Positions 54,472 through 64,000 of a DNA stretch of 64,000 nt are shown here, piece by piece (positions within the stretch are counted from its first letter, which is position 1; each line of letters opens with the position of its first letter). Made by a program: the position numbers and the translations under genes. This DNA is from Deferribacterales bacterium. Lineage in GTDB: Bacteria > Chrysiogenota > Deferribacteres > Deferribacterales > Geovibrionaceae. The notes under the pieces are model-generated. The model saw only the letters and a program-made list of their open reading frames with translations. It made no database searches and had not been told where the DNA came from. The stretch is from the NCBI GenBank assembly GCA_050251945.1, contig JBFWLW010000012.1, positions 1-64,000 of the forward strand, given 5' to 3'.

Positions 54472-57123
54472 ATGAAAAAACTTACTGCGATAATAGCTCT
54501 TTTTGTGTTGAACTCTGCCGCGCAGGCAGCTGTAAGCCTGCCGGACTTCGCCTTTACGGGACAGGAGCTGACGGGATTTTCGATCCGTCCCTCTTTTAAG
54601 CAAGTGTCCGTTTCGTTCAGCGTTCAATCCGGATTTGACAGCTATTTAAAGCAGGAAAGCTTTGAACTTAAGCAGGTGGATTCCAAAGAATACCAGTCTG
54701 CAGACCCGGGCGGGATGTACTCGGGAAGCTTCGGTACATCTCTGTCCTCAGTCTTTGTGGGCGAAAAGGCCTATCGCAACAATATCGTAAAAGGTTATCT
54801 GGACAAACAGTATCTGTCCGTTATCCAGTCATATGAAAAATATTATCCCAAAATAGCGAAAACGCAGTATGAGCAGGAGGTCAATCTTGTCTATGCGTTT
54901 GCGCTGCTTGAGACAGGTTCCATAAGCAAGGCGATGGATATTATGAAGGGCGTTGCATACGGCGACAGCACATTCGCCGGAGTGGCTTCAGACAGGATAA
55001 TGCAGTATTATCTTGAAACAAGGCTTTACGAAGAGGCGGATATTTTTGCCTCCGGTCTGAAAACTGTCACTCCGTATTCACTGTACGGCTGGTTTTACAG
55101 CCTTTTACAGCTCCAGAGATATGAAAGGGTCATCGCGACATTCAATTCCCACAGCGAGATAATATCCAAAGACAAGCGGTTTTATGATTTCCTTATAACC
55201 GCCGAATACAGCCTCGGAAAGTTTGACGAAGTTATAAAGAACAGAGAGAATGCAGGAAACAACACAGTTGCCCTTCTTGCGGATTCGTGCCTTGTCCGCG
55301 GTGATGTCAAATGCGCCATAGACAACTATAACAGCATCCCCGACAACAATATGAAGAACGTCATTTTCGGCAAGATAGCCGTTGCAGACGGAAACTATAA
55401 AGAGGCTGAGAAGGTTCTTGCCGCTCTTGATTCCGACGAGGACAGACTTAATATTTTCTTCTTTTATATAGGCAGAAATTTTCCGGATATCGATCTTGCC
55501 TTCATGGACAAGTTCGTGTTCGACAGCAAGATAAACAACGATTACAACAAATTCTACAGAGGTATCTGGTACCTTTCAAAAGGCGACGGGATGAACGCTG
55601 TCCGCCAGATTGACGGGATCATCTTCAACCGCGACCTCATAAACACTGCGTACTATTACAGAGGGCTTGCATATTCCACCATAGACACCGACAGGGCGCA
55701 GAGGTATTTTCTGCGGTTCATGGAGCTTTCACAGGACGAACAGAAGCTCATGGTTACAAGATACATGCTGGGTCAGATATATTATCTGGACGGTCGCGCG
55801 GATGATGCACTGATGCTTATTCAGCCATGCAAAACTGATTATTGCAGTGTGCTTAAGGGCAAGATATTCATAGACAAAAAAGACCTCGGTTCCGCATGGA
55901 GCAGTGTCGACGGTGTTAAAGGAAACGATGCGGCGTTTGTCCGTGCATCCATTCAGTACAACAAAAAGAACTACAAAGACGCTCTGGCACAGCTTAAGCC
56001 GGTATCGCCGAAAGACGTTCAGAGTGACCTGTTGCTGATGCTCACATATCTGAAACTTGGAGACAACTCCTCCGCGGGGGACGTTTTCAACAGACACTCA
56101 AAGGACGAGCGGTTTATGGATGCCTATCTGGATAACATGATGCTTGCCGGGCAGTATCAGCAGGTGCTTAAACTTACCGAGGGGAACAAGGACAGATACA
56201 GACTTGTGCGCTCGAAGGCTCTGTTCTCTCTGGGGCGCTATCAGGAAGCGCTTGCAGGATTCAGAAGCCTTGTGGACGGCGGACAGCAAAGCTTTGACGC
56301 ATGGTACGGCATACTTACATGCTATTCTGCAATGAAGGACGACAAGCGGTTTGACGACGCGGCGCGTGAGATAACTCAGGTCCGCCAGCAGTTCGACAGA
56401 AAGGATTTCCTTATTTTGCAGGCGGCAAAAATGGCGCTTGATACTAAAGATACCAGACTCGCCACCATGCTTCTTAACCATTTCTTTGATAATTATGACG
56501 TTTCACCATATAAACGCGACGCGTATCTTCTGCGCGGACAGCTTTTCCGCGACACAGGCAGGCTTGAGCAGTGTCTTGAGGATGCCCAGATGATGCAGAA
56601 GGGCGGACGCAGTGACGAAGGACTTTTCCTTAAGGGTGAGTGCCTCCAGACATCGAAACCCGATGACGCAAAGGTCATATTTGAAGACCTTGCAAAGAGT
56701 TCCGACAGGTACAGGGAACTAAGCTATGCCAAACTTGTCGATCTTGAAACTGATCCGAAAGACCTGAAACCGGCTGTCCTGTTCTTCAGAAACAGAGACA
56801 CTGAAATATATGCGAAAGGGCTTGAGAAATATTTCTCAATGCTGTCCGCTTCGCAGCTGACAGGAGAAAAAGCTCTTCTGGACGGACTTGTAAAGGATGC
56901 TAACCCCGCTGTTCTGCCTCTGGCATACTATTACAGCGGAATGGCGCAGTATGGTGCGAAGGACTTTGAAACGTCCGCCGCAACACTGCTTAAAGGTTAT
57001 TACCTTTACCCGAACTCAAAATATGCCGCGAAGAGCCTTGATAAGGCAGCAGATGCCTATGATAATCTTGGCAGAAAGGACGAGGCGGAGATAATGCGTA
57101 AAAAAATTAAAGGTACAAAATAA
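54472..57123 (+). CDS. Exported TPR-repeat protein
   Basis: Signal peptide, many TPR-like helices, C-terminal YPNSKYA repeat. Confidence 0.85.
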   Translation: MKKLTAIIALFVLNSAAQAAVSLPDFAFTGQELTGFSIRPSFKQVSVSFSVQSGFDSYLKQESFELKQVDSKEYQSADPGGMYSGSFGTSLSSVFVGEKAYRNNIVKGYLDKQYLSVIQSYEKYYPKIAKTQYEQEVNLVYAFALLETGSISKAMDIMKGVAYGDSTFAGVASDRIMQYYLETRLYEEADIFASGLKTVTPYSLYGWFYSLLQLQRYERVIATFNSHSEIISKDKRFYDFLITAEYSLGKFDEVIKNRENAGNNTVALLADSCLVRGDVKCAIDNYNSIPDNNMKNVIFGKIAVADGNYKEAEKVLAALDSDEDRLNIFFFYIGRNFPDIDLAFMDKFVFDSKINNDYNKFYRGIWYLSKGDGMNAVRQIDGIIFNRDLINTAYYYRGLAYSTIDTDRAQRYFLRFMELSQDEQKLMVTRYMLGQIYYLDGRADDALMLIQPCKTDYCSVLKGKIFIDKKDLGSAWSSVDGVKGNDAAFVRASIQYNKKNYKDALAQLKPVSPKDVQSDLLLMLTYLKLGDNSSAGDVFNRHSKDERFMDAYLDNMMLAGQYQQVLKLTEGNKDRYRLVRSKALFSLGRYQEALAGFRSLVDGGQQSFDAWYGILTCYSAMKDDKRFDDAAREITQVRQQFDRKDFLILQAAKMALDTKDTRLATMLLNHFFDNYDVSPYKRDAYLLRGQLFRDTGRLEQCLEDAQMMQKGGRSDEGLFLKGECLQTSKPDDAKVIFEDLAKSSDRYRELSYAKLVDLETDPKDLKPAVLFFRNRDTEIYAKGLEKYFSMLSASQLTGEKALLDGLVKDANPAVLPLAYYYSGMAQYGAKDFETSAATLLKGYYLYPNSKYAAKSLDKAADAYDNLGRKDEAEIMRKKIKGTK

Positions 57124-57136
57124 CAGGAGGATATTT

Positions 57137-57754
57137 ATGTTCGAGTTCAATATGGAGCTGATGCAAAAGGGCGGGGTGCTGATGTACCCGATAGTTCTGC
57201 TCTCGGTCATTGCTCTTGCCGTCTTTCTTGAAAGGCTTATGAGCCTCCGCGAATCGAACTTTGTCCCCAGAGATTTCATGGAAAGGCTGATGGAAAAGCT
57301 TAACAGTAAGGACATTGAGGCTGCAAAGACAATGTGTGCAGAGAACAAATCGTCCATATCCATCATTGCCGCCGATATCCTTAAAAACCTGAACCTGCCC
57401 TTCGCAAGGCTTGCGGAAACCGCAGAGGAGTCCGGCAGATTTCAGGCGAAACGTCTTGAACGATTTTTGCCCACACTTCAGGCAGTATCCACCATCGCAC
57501 CCATGCTGGGTTTCCTCGGTACGGTGTTCGGTATGATAAAGACCTTCATGGCTCTGGCAACATACGGCGCAGGTAATGCACAGCCGCTTGCGGAAGGTAT
57601 CGCAGAGGCGCTTATTACCACGGCAGCAGGTCTTTGCGTGGCGATTCCCACTATGGCGTTCTACTATTTCGTTCGTTTCAGAAGCGAGCGCATCACAGGG
57701 GAGCTTGAAAAATCCGCAAGCAGGATAATGAACGCAGTCGTTAAAGAGGACTAA
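57137..57754 (+). CDS. exbB: ExbB/TolQ family proton channel
   Basis: APMLGFLGTVFGMI, GIAEALITTAAGL. Confidence 0.9.
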   Translation: MFEFNMELMQKGGVLMYPIVLLSVIALAVFLERLMSLRESNFVPRDFMERLMEKLNSKDIEAAKTMCAENKSSISIIAADILKNLNLPFARLAETAEESGRFQAKRLERFLPTLQAVSTIAPMLGFLGTVFGMIKTFMALATYGAGNAQPLAEGIAEALITTAAGLCVAIPTMAFYYFVRFRSERITGELEKSASRIMNAVVKED

Positions 57755-58156
57755 ATGAAATTCTCCAGAGACGAAAAGAAACATCCGGAAATAAACGTTA
57801 CGCCGCTGATAGATATCGTATTTATACTGCTGATATTTCTTATGGTGTCAACTTCGTTTAACTTTACAAATTCCATTGATGTGAACCTTCCCGCGGCGAA
57901 AGGTGACGAGAAACCGCTCGTTGAGAATATCCGCATCGTTATGACAAAGGAAGGGGTTGTTACCGTTAACGACAACGCTGTCCAGCTTACAGGCGTTGAG
58001 TCTCTTCTTGAAGAGTTCAAGAAGACCGCTCCTGATGCAACAGTCATAATTGAGGCGGACAAAGAGGTTTCCCACGGGCAGGTTGTGACCGTTATGGATG
58101 CCAGCCGCAGGGCAGGATACTCTAAATTTGCAATAGCTGTTGAGGAACAGGAGTAA
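57755..58156 (+). CDS. exbD: ExbD/TolR family protein
   Basis: INVTPLIDIVFILLIFLMV. Confidence 0.92.
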   Translation: MKFSRDEKKHPEINVTPLIDIVFILLIFLMVSTSFNFTNSIDVNLPAAKGDEKPLVENIRIVMTKEGVVTVNDNAVQLTGVESLLEEFKKTAPDATVIIEADKEVSHGQVVTVMDASRRAGYSKFAIAVEEQE

Positions 58157-58159
58157 AAT

Positions 58160-58897
58160 TTGAGATTTACACTTTTTCTCCTTCTCTCTCTGCTGGTGCA
58201 TATTCTCATCATTGTGAACGTGCACGGGCTTCATATGACGAAGGCGGAAAAACCTCAAAGCAAAATAATCGACGTTGAGATAGTGCCTCCCGCTCCGCAA
58301 GAGGAAGAGATTCAGCCGGAGATACCTGAGACCGCAGAGGCGGACAAGGGTGCCGCGGAAGAAGGGCAGAGCATAGCGGGTAACGTTATCCCTGCGCCCA
58401 GCGCCACTATCCCTGAAATAGAGATACCTAAGATGTCCACCGAAGACCTTACAAAGATAACCATGCCTAAGCTGAATTTCAATTCAGAGGTCAAGTCGGG
58501 CAACTCTCAGGCAGAAGAATCTCTCAAAAGCGAGATAGCGTCCGAGGCGGAAAAATATCACCGCTCCGAAAAGCAGTCGGCTGGCGAGCAGTCAACCGGA
58601 AAGACCGCCGGAAGTCAGGACGCCAGTGATTTCTTTAAAATTAAAAATCTCGGCGGAAACAGGAAGCTTGTTTTCACTCCCGAAAAGCCGACGTTTTCAC
58701 TTACATCAAATACAAACGTCCGCGTGGAATTCAAAGTTGACCGCGGCGGAAACACATACTCAATAGTTCTGTTAAACAGAACAGATTCTAATATTGAAAG
58801 GCTTGCCATTGACTTTGTGCGCAAATTGAAGTTTAATGCCGTTCTGAACGCAGATGCTGAATCTGCGGAAATAACATTATATTTCAGAGTGAGATAG
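58160..58897 (+). CDS. TonB-like energy transducer
   Basis: SLLVH TM motif, Pro/Glu-rich linker, C-terminal VEFKVDRGG. Confidence 0.75.
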   Translation: MRFTLFLLLSLLVHILIIVNVHGLHMTKAEKPQSKIIDVEIVPPAPQEEEIQPEIPETAEADKGAAEEGQSIAGNVIPAPSATIPEIEIPKMSTEDLTKITMPKLNFNSEVKSGNSQAEESLKSEIASEAEKYHRSEKQSAGEQSTGKTAGSQDASDFFKIKNLGGNRKLVFTPEKPTFSLTSNTNVRVEFKVDRGGNTYSIVLLNRTDSNIERLAIDFVRKLKFNAVLNADAESAEITLYFRVR

Positions 58898-60030
58898 TGG
58901 ATACAAGTCTTCAAACCTACGTTGAGAACCTCGTCCGTGAAAAAGGACAGATAACCTTTGCTGAATTTATGGACATTGCCCTTTATAAAGAGGGGATGGG
59001 ATACTATCAGAGAGAGAACCCTTTCGGACAGCAGGGGAGCTTTTACACGTCCGTGAACGCATCCGAATCCTTCGGGCGCACGCTGGCGAAATCCTTTGTT
59101 TACATGATAAAAACTCTGGGACTTGAAAATTCATTCTGCGAGATGGGCGCCGGCAGCGGCATGCTTGCCAACGACATCCTTAACTATCTGAAAGAAAATG
59201 AAAAAGATACATATGACTCACTGTCGTACACGATAATAGAAAAGAGCGGATATCTCATAAACCGTCAGCGCGAGCTTATCGAACAAGAACATAAAGGAAA
59301 GGCAGTCTGGAAGACATTTGAAGAACTGGACAATTTTTCCGGTGTGTTCTACAGCAACGAGCTTGTGGATGCATTTCCTGTTCACCGCGTTATACGCATG
59401 AACGACGAACTGAAAGAGCTTTATGTCAAAGAGGTGGACGGCAAACTCCGCTTCTTTCCCGACGAGCTGTCAACTCCTAAGCTGAAAGAATTTCTTGACG
59501 CCATTAATCTGAAAGTTGTTGAAACCCAGATAGTTGATATAAATCTCGACCTCATGGGCTGGGTACAGGCACTCGCCGGAAAGCTGAACAAGGCGGTTGC
59601 AGTCACCATCGACTACGGATTTGAAGCTCCAATGCTTTATCAGTCATACAGGCGGGACGGAACTGTCACCTGCTATTATCGTCACACGCAGAACAACGAC
59701 TTTTTCGAGCGCATAGGCTATCAGGACATCACCGCGTTCGTGGATTTTACCTCACTTTCCCTTTACGGCTCTCAGAAAGGGCTTCAGCCGCTTGCATATA
59801 TTCCCCAATGGCTTTATCTGGTTCAGTCCGGCATACTGGAAGAGATTTCCGCATGCAAGACCGACCTGCAAAAGCAGTCCGTTAAAGCGCTCATCATGCC
59901 GGAGGGTGGTTTCGGGACTAATTTTCAGGTGTTTATACAGGGTAAAAACGTTGATATATCTCCTGATTTCAAATATACCCGCTCCACACGCGAGGTGCTT
60001 GACGAGATGGGGAAAGTTTTTTCCTCCTGA
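58897..60030 (+). CDS. MidA/NDUFAF7-family SAM-dependent methyltransferase
   Basis: FAEFMDIALY, EMGAGSG, SNELVDAFP, IDYG, QDITAFVDF. Confidence 0.9.
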   Translation: MDTSLQTYVENLVREKGQITFAEFMDIALYKEGMGYYQRENPFGQQGSFYTSVNASESFGRTLAKSFVYMIKTLGLENSFCEMGAGSGMLANDILNYLKENEKDTYDSLSYTIIEKSGYLINRQRELIEQEHKGKAVWKTFEELDNFSGVFYSNELVDAFPVHRVIRMNDELKELYVKEVDGKLRFFPDELSTPKLKEFLDAINLKVVETQIVDINLDLMGWVQALAGKLNKAVAVTIDYGFEAPMLYQSYRRDGTVTCYYRHTQNNDFFERIGYQDITAFVDFTSLSLYGSQKGLQPLAYIPQWLYLVQSGILEEISACKTDLQKQSVKALIMPEGGFGTNFQVFIQGKNVDISPDFKYTRSTREVLDEMGKVFSS

Positions 60031-60085
60031 AACTGGCACGCAACGTGCTTATTAGTCCTCAGAACAAAGTTTACAGGGGGCTAAG

Positions 60086-60529
60086 ATGATAATCTCAGGA
60101 AAATATTACCCGACGCAGGATCTTACAAATAAAAATGAAACATCCTCTACGTCTTCAACTAAAACTTCAAACGTCGACAGTATTGTTGCACTTAAAAGCT
60201 TCTTTGGTGAAAGCGAAGATTCACAGCCTACGGGTTTAGCCGATACAGTGGATATTTCCGCAAAAGCACTCTCCGTTCTTGAGGACTACGTTCAGTCTTC
60301 CGGTACAGGCGAGAGCGATTCTCTTCTTAACTACATCAAAGGCAACGCCCGCGAAAAATTCCTTGGCACATACGACAAAAGCGCCATGGAAGAGCTTCAG
60401 GGCGCAATGCAGTCTTTCAGCAACAAAGAGCTTGAGGACGTGTACGAGAAGGTGAAAGAGGCAAACCAGCAGATGTCCGGCAGTTTCATCGCTGTAGCTT
60501 CCAGAAACGGCGTACAGTCACTTCTTTAA
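60086..60529 (+). CDS. Hypothetical protein
   Basis: ORF with SD; DTVDISAKA motif. Confidence 0.65.
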   Translation: MIISGKYYPTQDLTNKNETSSTSSTKTSNVDSIVALKSFFGESEDSQPTGLADTVDISAKALSVLEDYVQSSGTGESDSLLNYIKGNAREKFLGTYDKSAMEELQGAMQSFSNKELEDVYEKVKEANQQMSGSFIAVASRNGVQSLL

Positions 60530-60532
60530 AAA

Positions 60533-61135
60533 TTAAAACTCTGCAAATTCCATAACATCGCTGAACACAGACCTGACGGCATTGTCTGTCAGGTCGTTCA
60601 GTATAGAGATGTTAAATTTATCCGATTTTGCCGCCGCAAAGTGGTTGTTAACCGCGAATCCTGCGAACGCCAGATTCTCTCTATCCAGAAAATAATAGTT
60701 CAGCATGGCGTGGTTGATGCATCCGAGCCGGTTGGGTACCACTATCACCGTTTCCAGCCCGCAGTCCTTTGCTATGTCAAAGTTCATGTAACCCTCGTCC
60801 AGAGGAACCATGAGACCGCCGGCGCTTTCAACTATCAGCCAGTCAAAACCGTTTATCTCGTTTATCTTTTTTATGGTGTTCTCGTATGGGAAGTCGTCGA
60901 ACGCGAGGTATGGCGCCGCAGGGAATTTTGCCGTGTTGAGCGTGTATGCGTGTTCGGGTCTTAAACCGGACATGTTTATAACGGTCTGTCTGTCGTCGTC
61001 TTCAGGATATCCCGTCTGTACCGGTTTTACGTAACAGACTGAATCCCCTTTTTCCAGCAGATATTTGCAGAACAGTCCGCAGTAGTGTGTTTTTCCTATC
61101 CCTGTGTCGGTTCCCGATATGAACATTTTTCTCAT
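60533..61135 (-). CDS. bioD: Dethiobiotin synthase
   Basis: SGTDTGIGKT, KPVQTG, ESAGG, LGCINH. Confidence 0.95.
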   Translation of the reverse strand: MRKMFISGTDTGIGKTHYCGLFCKYLLEKGDSVCYVKPVQTGYPEDDDRQTVINMSGLRPEHAYTLNTAKFPAAPYLAFDDFPYENTIKKINEINGFDWLIVESAGGLMVPLDEGYMNFDIAKDCGLETVIVVPNRLGCINHAMLNYYFLDRENLAFAGFAVNNHFAAAKSDKFNISILNDLTDNAVRSVFSDVMEFAEF

Positions 61136-62460
61136 TAAAGCACCTCATAAACAGATTCGTAAGCTATATCGACAAGTTTTACCATCTCGTCCTCAGTTAT
61201 GACGTATGGAGTCATAAAGTATATCACATCGCCCAGATTGCGCAGATATGCACCTTTTTCAATGGATTTTCTGAATATCTGAAATCCGGTTCTCGCTTTC
61301 CAGTCGAATTTTTCTTTTGTTTTGACATCTTTCACAAGCTCAACGGCGGAGACGCATCCGAGGTGGCGTACTTCGCCAACATGGGGTTTGCCCCCGAATT
61401 TTTTATCAAGGTATTCGTGCATTACGGGGAATTTTTTAGCGTTGTTTTCAACAACTCTGTCCTCGCGGAATATTTTCATGGTTTCCACTCCGGCGGCACA
61501 GGCGAGGGGGTTGCCTGTGTAGCTGTGGCTGTGGAGAAACGCTTTCAGCGTGGTGTAGTCGTCGTAGAACGCGTCGTATATGCCATCGTGGGTCATGACG
61601 ACGCTGAGGGGCAGATAGCCGGATGTTATCCCTTTGGAAAGGCAGAGAAAATCGGGACATACGTCAGCCTGTTCCAAAGCGAACATTGTTCCTGTTCTGC
61701 CGAACCCGCAGGCTATTTCGTCGAATATGGTGTGTATGTCGTAATGCGCCGCCGCCTGAACCAGTTTTTTCAGATACACGGGCGGGTACATTTTAAATCC
61801 GCCTGCGCATTGGAGAAGTGGTTCCAGTATGACGGCTGTGATGCGTTCATGGTTATCCGCCATTGCTTTTTCCATGTGACAGAAACATTCCGCGTCGCAT
61901 GAGCTGCGCTCCTTGCCGAACGGACACCGGAAGCAGTCCGGACCCTGAACACGGACGTTATCTATCATTATATCGCCGAAAAGCTCAGTATAAAGCTCTT
62001 CGCCGCAAACGGACAGCGCTCCCAGAGTTTCGCCGTGATATCCCGCATCAAGATATATGTATCTGTTCTTTTTGGAGTTTCCTGTATTGTATCTGTAACC
62101 GTAACTCAGTTTCATGGCGGATTCCACCGCCGCAGAGCCTATGTCGGCAAAGAAGACCTTTGTCAGCTTTTCCGGAGTGAGCTTAACCAGCTCATCGGCC
62201 AGTATCTGTGCCGGAGTGTGCGTTATGCCGGCGAATATAACGTGTTCTATCTTATCCATCTGGTCGGATATCGCTTTTTTGAGCCTCGGGTTATTATGTC
62301 CAAAGAGGTTCACCCACCACGACGACACGGCATCAATATATTTTTTGCCTTTGTCGTCTATTAGATAGATGCCTTCACCCTTTTCAATCTTTATTATAGG
62401 GTAGGTCTCGTGATCTTTCATCTGTGTGCAGGGGTGCCATATTGGCGTGTTAACTTTCAT
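61135..62460 (-). CDS. bioA: DAPA aminotransferase
   Basis: IWHPCTQM, SSWW, DEIACGFGRTG, SKGITSG, HSYTGNP. Confidence 0.96.
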   Translation of the reverse strand: MKVNTPIWHPCTQMKDHETYPIIKIEKGEGIYLIDDKGKKYIDAVSSWWVNLFGHNNPRLKKAISDQMDKIEHVIFAGITHTPAQILADELVKLTPEKLTKVFFADIGSAAVESAMKLSYGYRYNTGNSKKNRYIYLDAGYHGETLGALSVCGEELYTELFGDIMIDNVRVQGPDCFRCPFGKERSSCDAECFCHMEKAMADNHERITAVILEPLLQCAGGFKMYPPVYLKKLVQAAAHYDIHTIFDEIACGFGRTGTMFALEQADVCPDFLCLSKGITSGYLPLSVVMTHDGIYDAFYDDYTTLKAFLHSHSYTGNPLACAAGVETMKIFREDRVVENNAKKFPVMHEYLDKKFGGKPHVGEVRHLGCVSAVELVKDVKTKEKFDWKARTGFQIFRKSIEKGAYLRNLGDVIYFMTPYVITEDEMVKLVDIAYESVYEVL

Positions 62461-62510
62461 GATCTTTCCTTATTCATTGACAGGGCTTGTGCCTCTGATA
62501 TTATTTCCCC

Positions 62511-63668
62511 ATGAGAGATAAAATCAAGAAAAAACTGAACGAACTGAAGGAGCAAAATCTTTTTCGCACCATGCCCGACATAAGCGAGGGCGCCGGTAAG
62601 TTCGTTAACATTGACGGCATGAAATATCTGAATCTGGCTTCAAACAACTATCTGGGGCTGTCGGAAGTTGAGGCGATACGCGAGGCTTCGGCAGAGGCTG
62701 TTATGAAGCTTGGCACCACCAGCGGCGCATCCCGCATCGTCACAGGGAACTACAGTATATATGATGAACTGGAACATAAGATAGCATTGTTCAAACAGAC
62801 TGAGAAGGCGCTTGTTTTCAACAGCGGATATGCGGCTAACCTCGCGATATTTTCCGCTCTGGCAGACAGAAACACTGCCGTTTTTTCCGATAAGCTGAAC
62901 CATGCCAGCATAATAGACGGCATACAGTTAAGCGGCGCAAAGCATATCCGTTATAAGCACAACGACACGGCAGACCTTGCGGCTCTGCTTGAAAAACATA
63001 AAGACATAAAAGACAAAATAATAGCCACCGACACTGTGTTCAGCATGGATGGCGATGTGTGTCGCCTGCGGGATATAGTCGAACTGGCGCGAAAATATGA
63101 AGCGCTGACTGTTATCGACGAGGCTCACGCATCCGGTATTTTCGGTCGCGGCAGTGGCTATGCACACGAGGCGGGACTTGAAGCTTCGGTCGATGTGCAT
63201 ATGGGTACTTTCAGTAAAGCTTTCGGATCGTTCGGCGCATACGTTGCCGGAGATTCGGATATCATAGACTATCTGAGGAACAAAGGACGTTCGTTCATAT
63301 ATTCCACATCACTTCCGCCGGCTGTGGTTGCGGCAAATTTGGCGGCTGTTGACTACGTTCGGGATAACCACGACATAGGTTACAGACTGCTCGATTTTGC
63401 TGACAGCATACGCAGTTCCCTGCGCTCGATGGGGTTTGACACAGGACTTAGCGTAACGCAGATAATTCCCGTTATCCTCTGTGGAAACGAGCGTGTTCTT
63501 CTGGCGAAAGAGTTTCTGATGGAAAAAGGAATATACGTCGGCGCCATACGCCCGCCAACCGTTCCTGTGAACACGGCACGGCTGAGGCTTACCATGCGGC
63601 TCGACGTTATGGACGAGCAGGAGCGTATTCTTGACGCGTTCAGAGCGCTCAGGGCGAGCGGGATATGA
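62511..63668 (+). CDS. bioF: 8-amino-7-oxononanoate synthase
   Basis: SNNYLGL, NHASIIDG, FSMDGD, DEAH, GTFSKAFG, IRPPTVP. Confidence 0.95.
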   Translation: MRDKIKKKLNELKEQNLFRTMPDISEGAGKFVNIDGMKYLNLASNNYLGLSEVEAIREASAEAVMKLGTTSGASRIVTGNYSIYDELEHKIALFKQTEKALVFNSGYAANLAIFSALADRNTAVFSDKLNHASIIDGIQLSGAKHIRYKHNDTADLAALLEKHKDIKDKIIATDTVFSMDGDVCRLRDIVELARKYEALTVIDEAHASGIFGRGSGYAHEAGLEASVDVHMGTFSKAFGSFGAYVAGDSDIIDYLRNKGRSFIYSTSLPPAVVAANLAAVDYVRDNHDIGYRLLDFADSIRSSLRSMGFDTGLSVTQIIPVILCGNERVLLAKEFLMEKGIYVGAIRPPTVPVNTARLRLTMRLDVMDEQERILDAFRALRASGI

Positions 63669-64000
63669 AAGACGTTTTTGTTTCGGGCTGGTGCGGATTT
63701 GAAGAGCTGTTCGGAAGTTTTGCCGACAGATTCGAGCTTATCGTGCCTTTCCGCGACGAGGTAAACTTTGAAAAACTTTCCGGAAGGAATCTCGTCTGCT
63801 GGTCAACGGGTGCAAATCTGGCACTGAAAGCCGGAAATCTGAATTTTGACAACATAATACTGGTTTCTCCCTTCATAAGGTTTACGGATTACACTCCCGA
63901 ACGCGTGCTGAAGCTCATGATAAAAAAATTCCGTGCTGTACCGGATGCGGTTATAAAAGATTTTCTGACCGCTTGTGGCTGTCCTGAAATAGATTTGCCA
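63665..64000 (+). CDS. Alpha/beta hydrolase, probable pimeloyl-ACP methyl esterase (partial)
   Basis: ATGA overlap with bioF; MKDVFVSGWCG..LVCWSTGA nucleophile elbow; open to the window end. Confidence 0.65.
   Translation, partial: MKDVFVSGWCGFEELFGSFADRFELIVPFRDEVNFEKLSGRNLVCWSTGANLALKAGNLNFDNIILVSPFIRFTDYTPERVLKLMIKKFRAVPDAVIKDFLTACGCPEIDLP

Overview
The window has three parts. (1) 1-~2865 is the end of an AT-rich accessory island: a coiled-coil + CHAT (caspase-like) protease gene running off the left edge, divergent from a HipB/HipA-like toxin-antitoxin pair. (2) 2866-43594 is an apparently complete ~40.7 kb temperate prophage integrated in the 3' half of tRNA-Leu(CAG), bounded by an exact 57-bp direct repeat. 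It has a tyrosine integrase, immunity and replication genes, a lambda-like terminase/portal/protease/capsid, a P2-like contractile tail and four DNA methyltransferases. (3) 43624-64000 is ordinary Gram-negative host DNA: CsoR-family repressor and P1B ATPase, SH3 and SPOR proteins, elbB, surE, TPR-ExbBD-TonB, a MidA-like methyltransferase and bioD/bioA/bioF. The most unusual signals are in the prophage: ATPase-dead paralogues of its own SF3 helicase, a second gene with its own SD overprinted inside the C5 methyltransferase, a structured leader that can sequester the SD of the terminal Dam-family gene, and a lambda-like cos candidate plus origin-like tract ~9 kb away from the terminase genes. 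All product calls come from motif recognition by eye; no searches were run.
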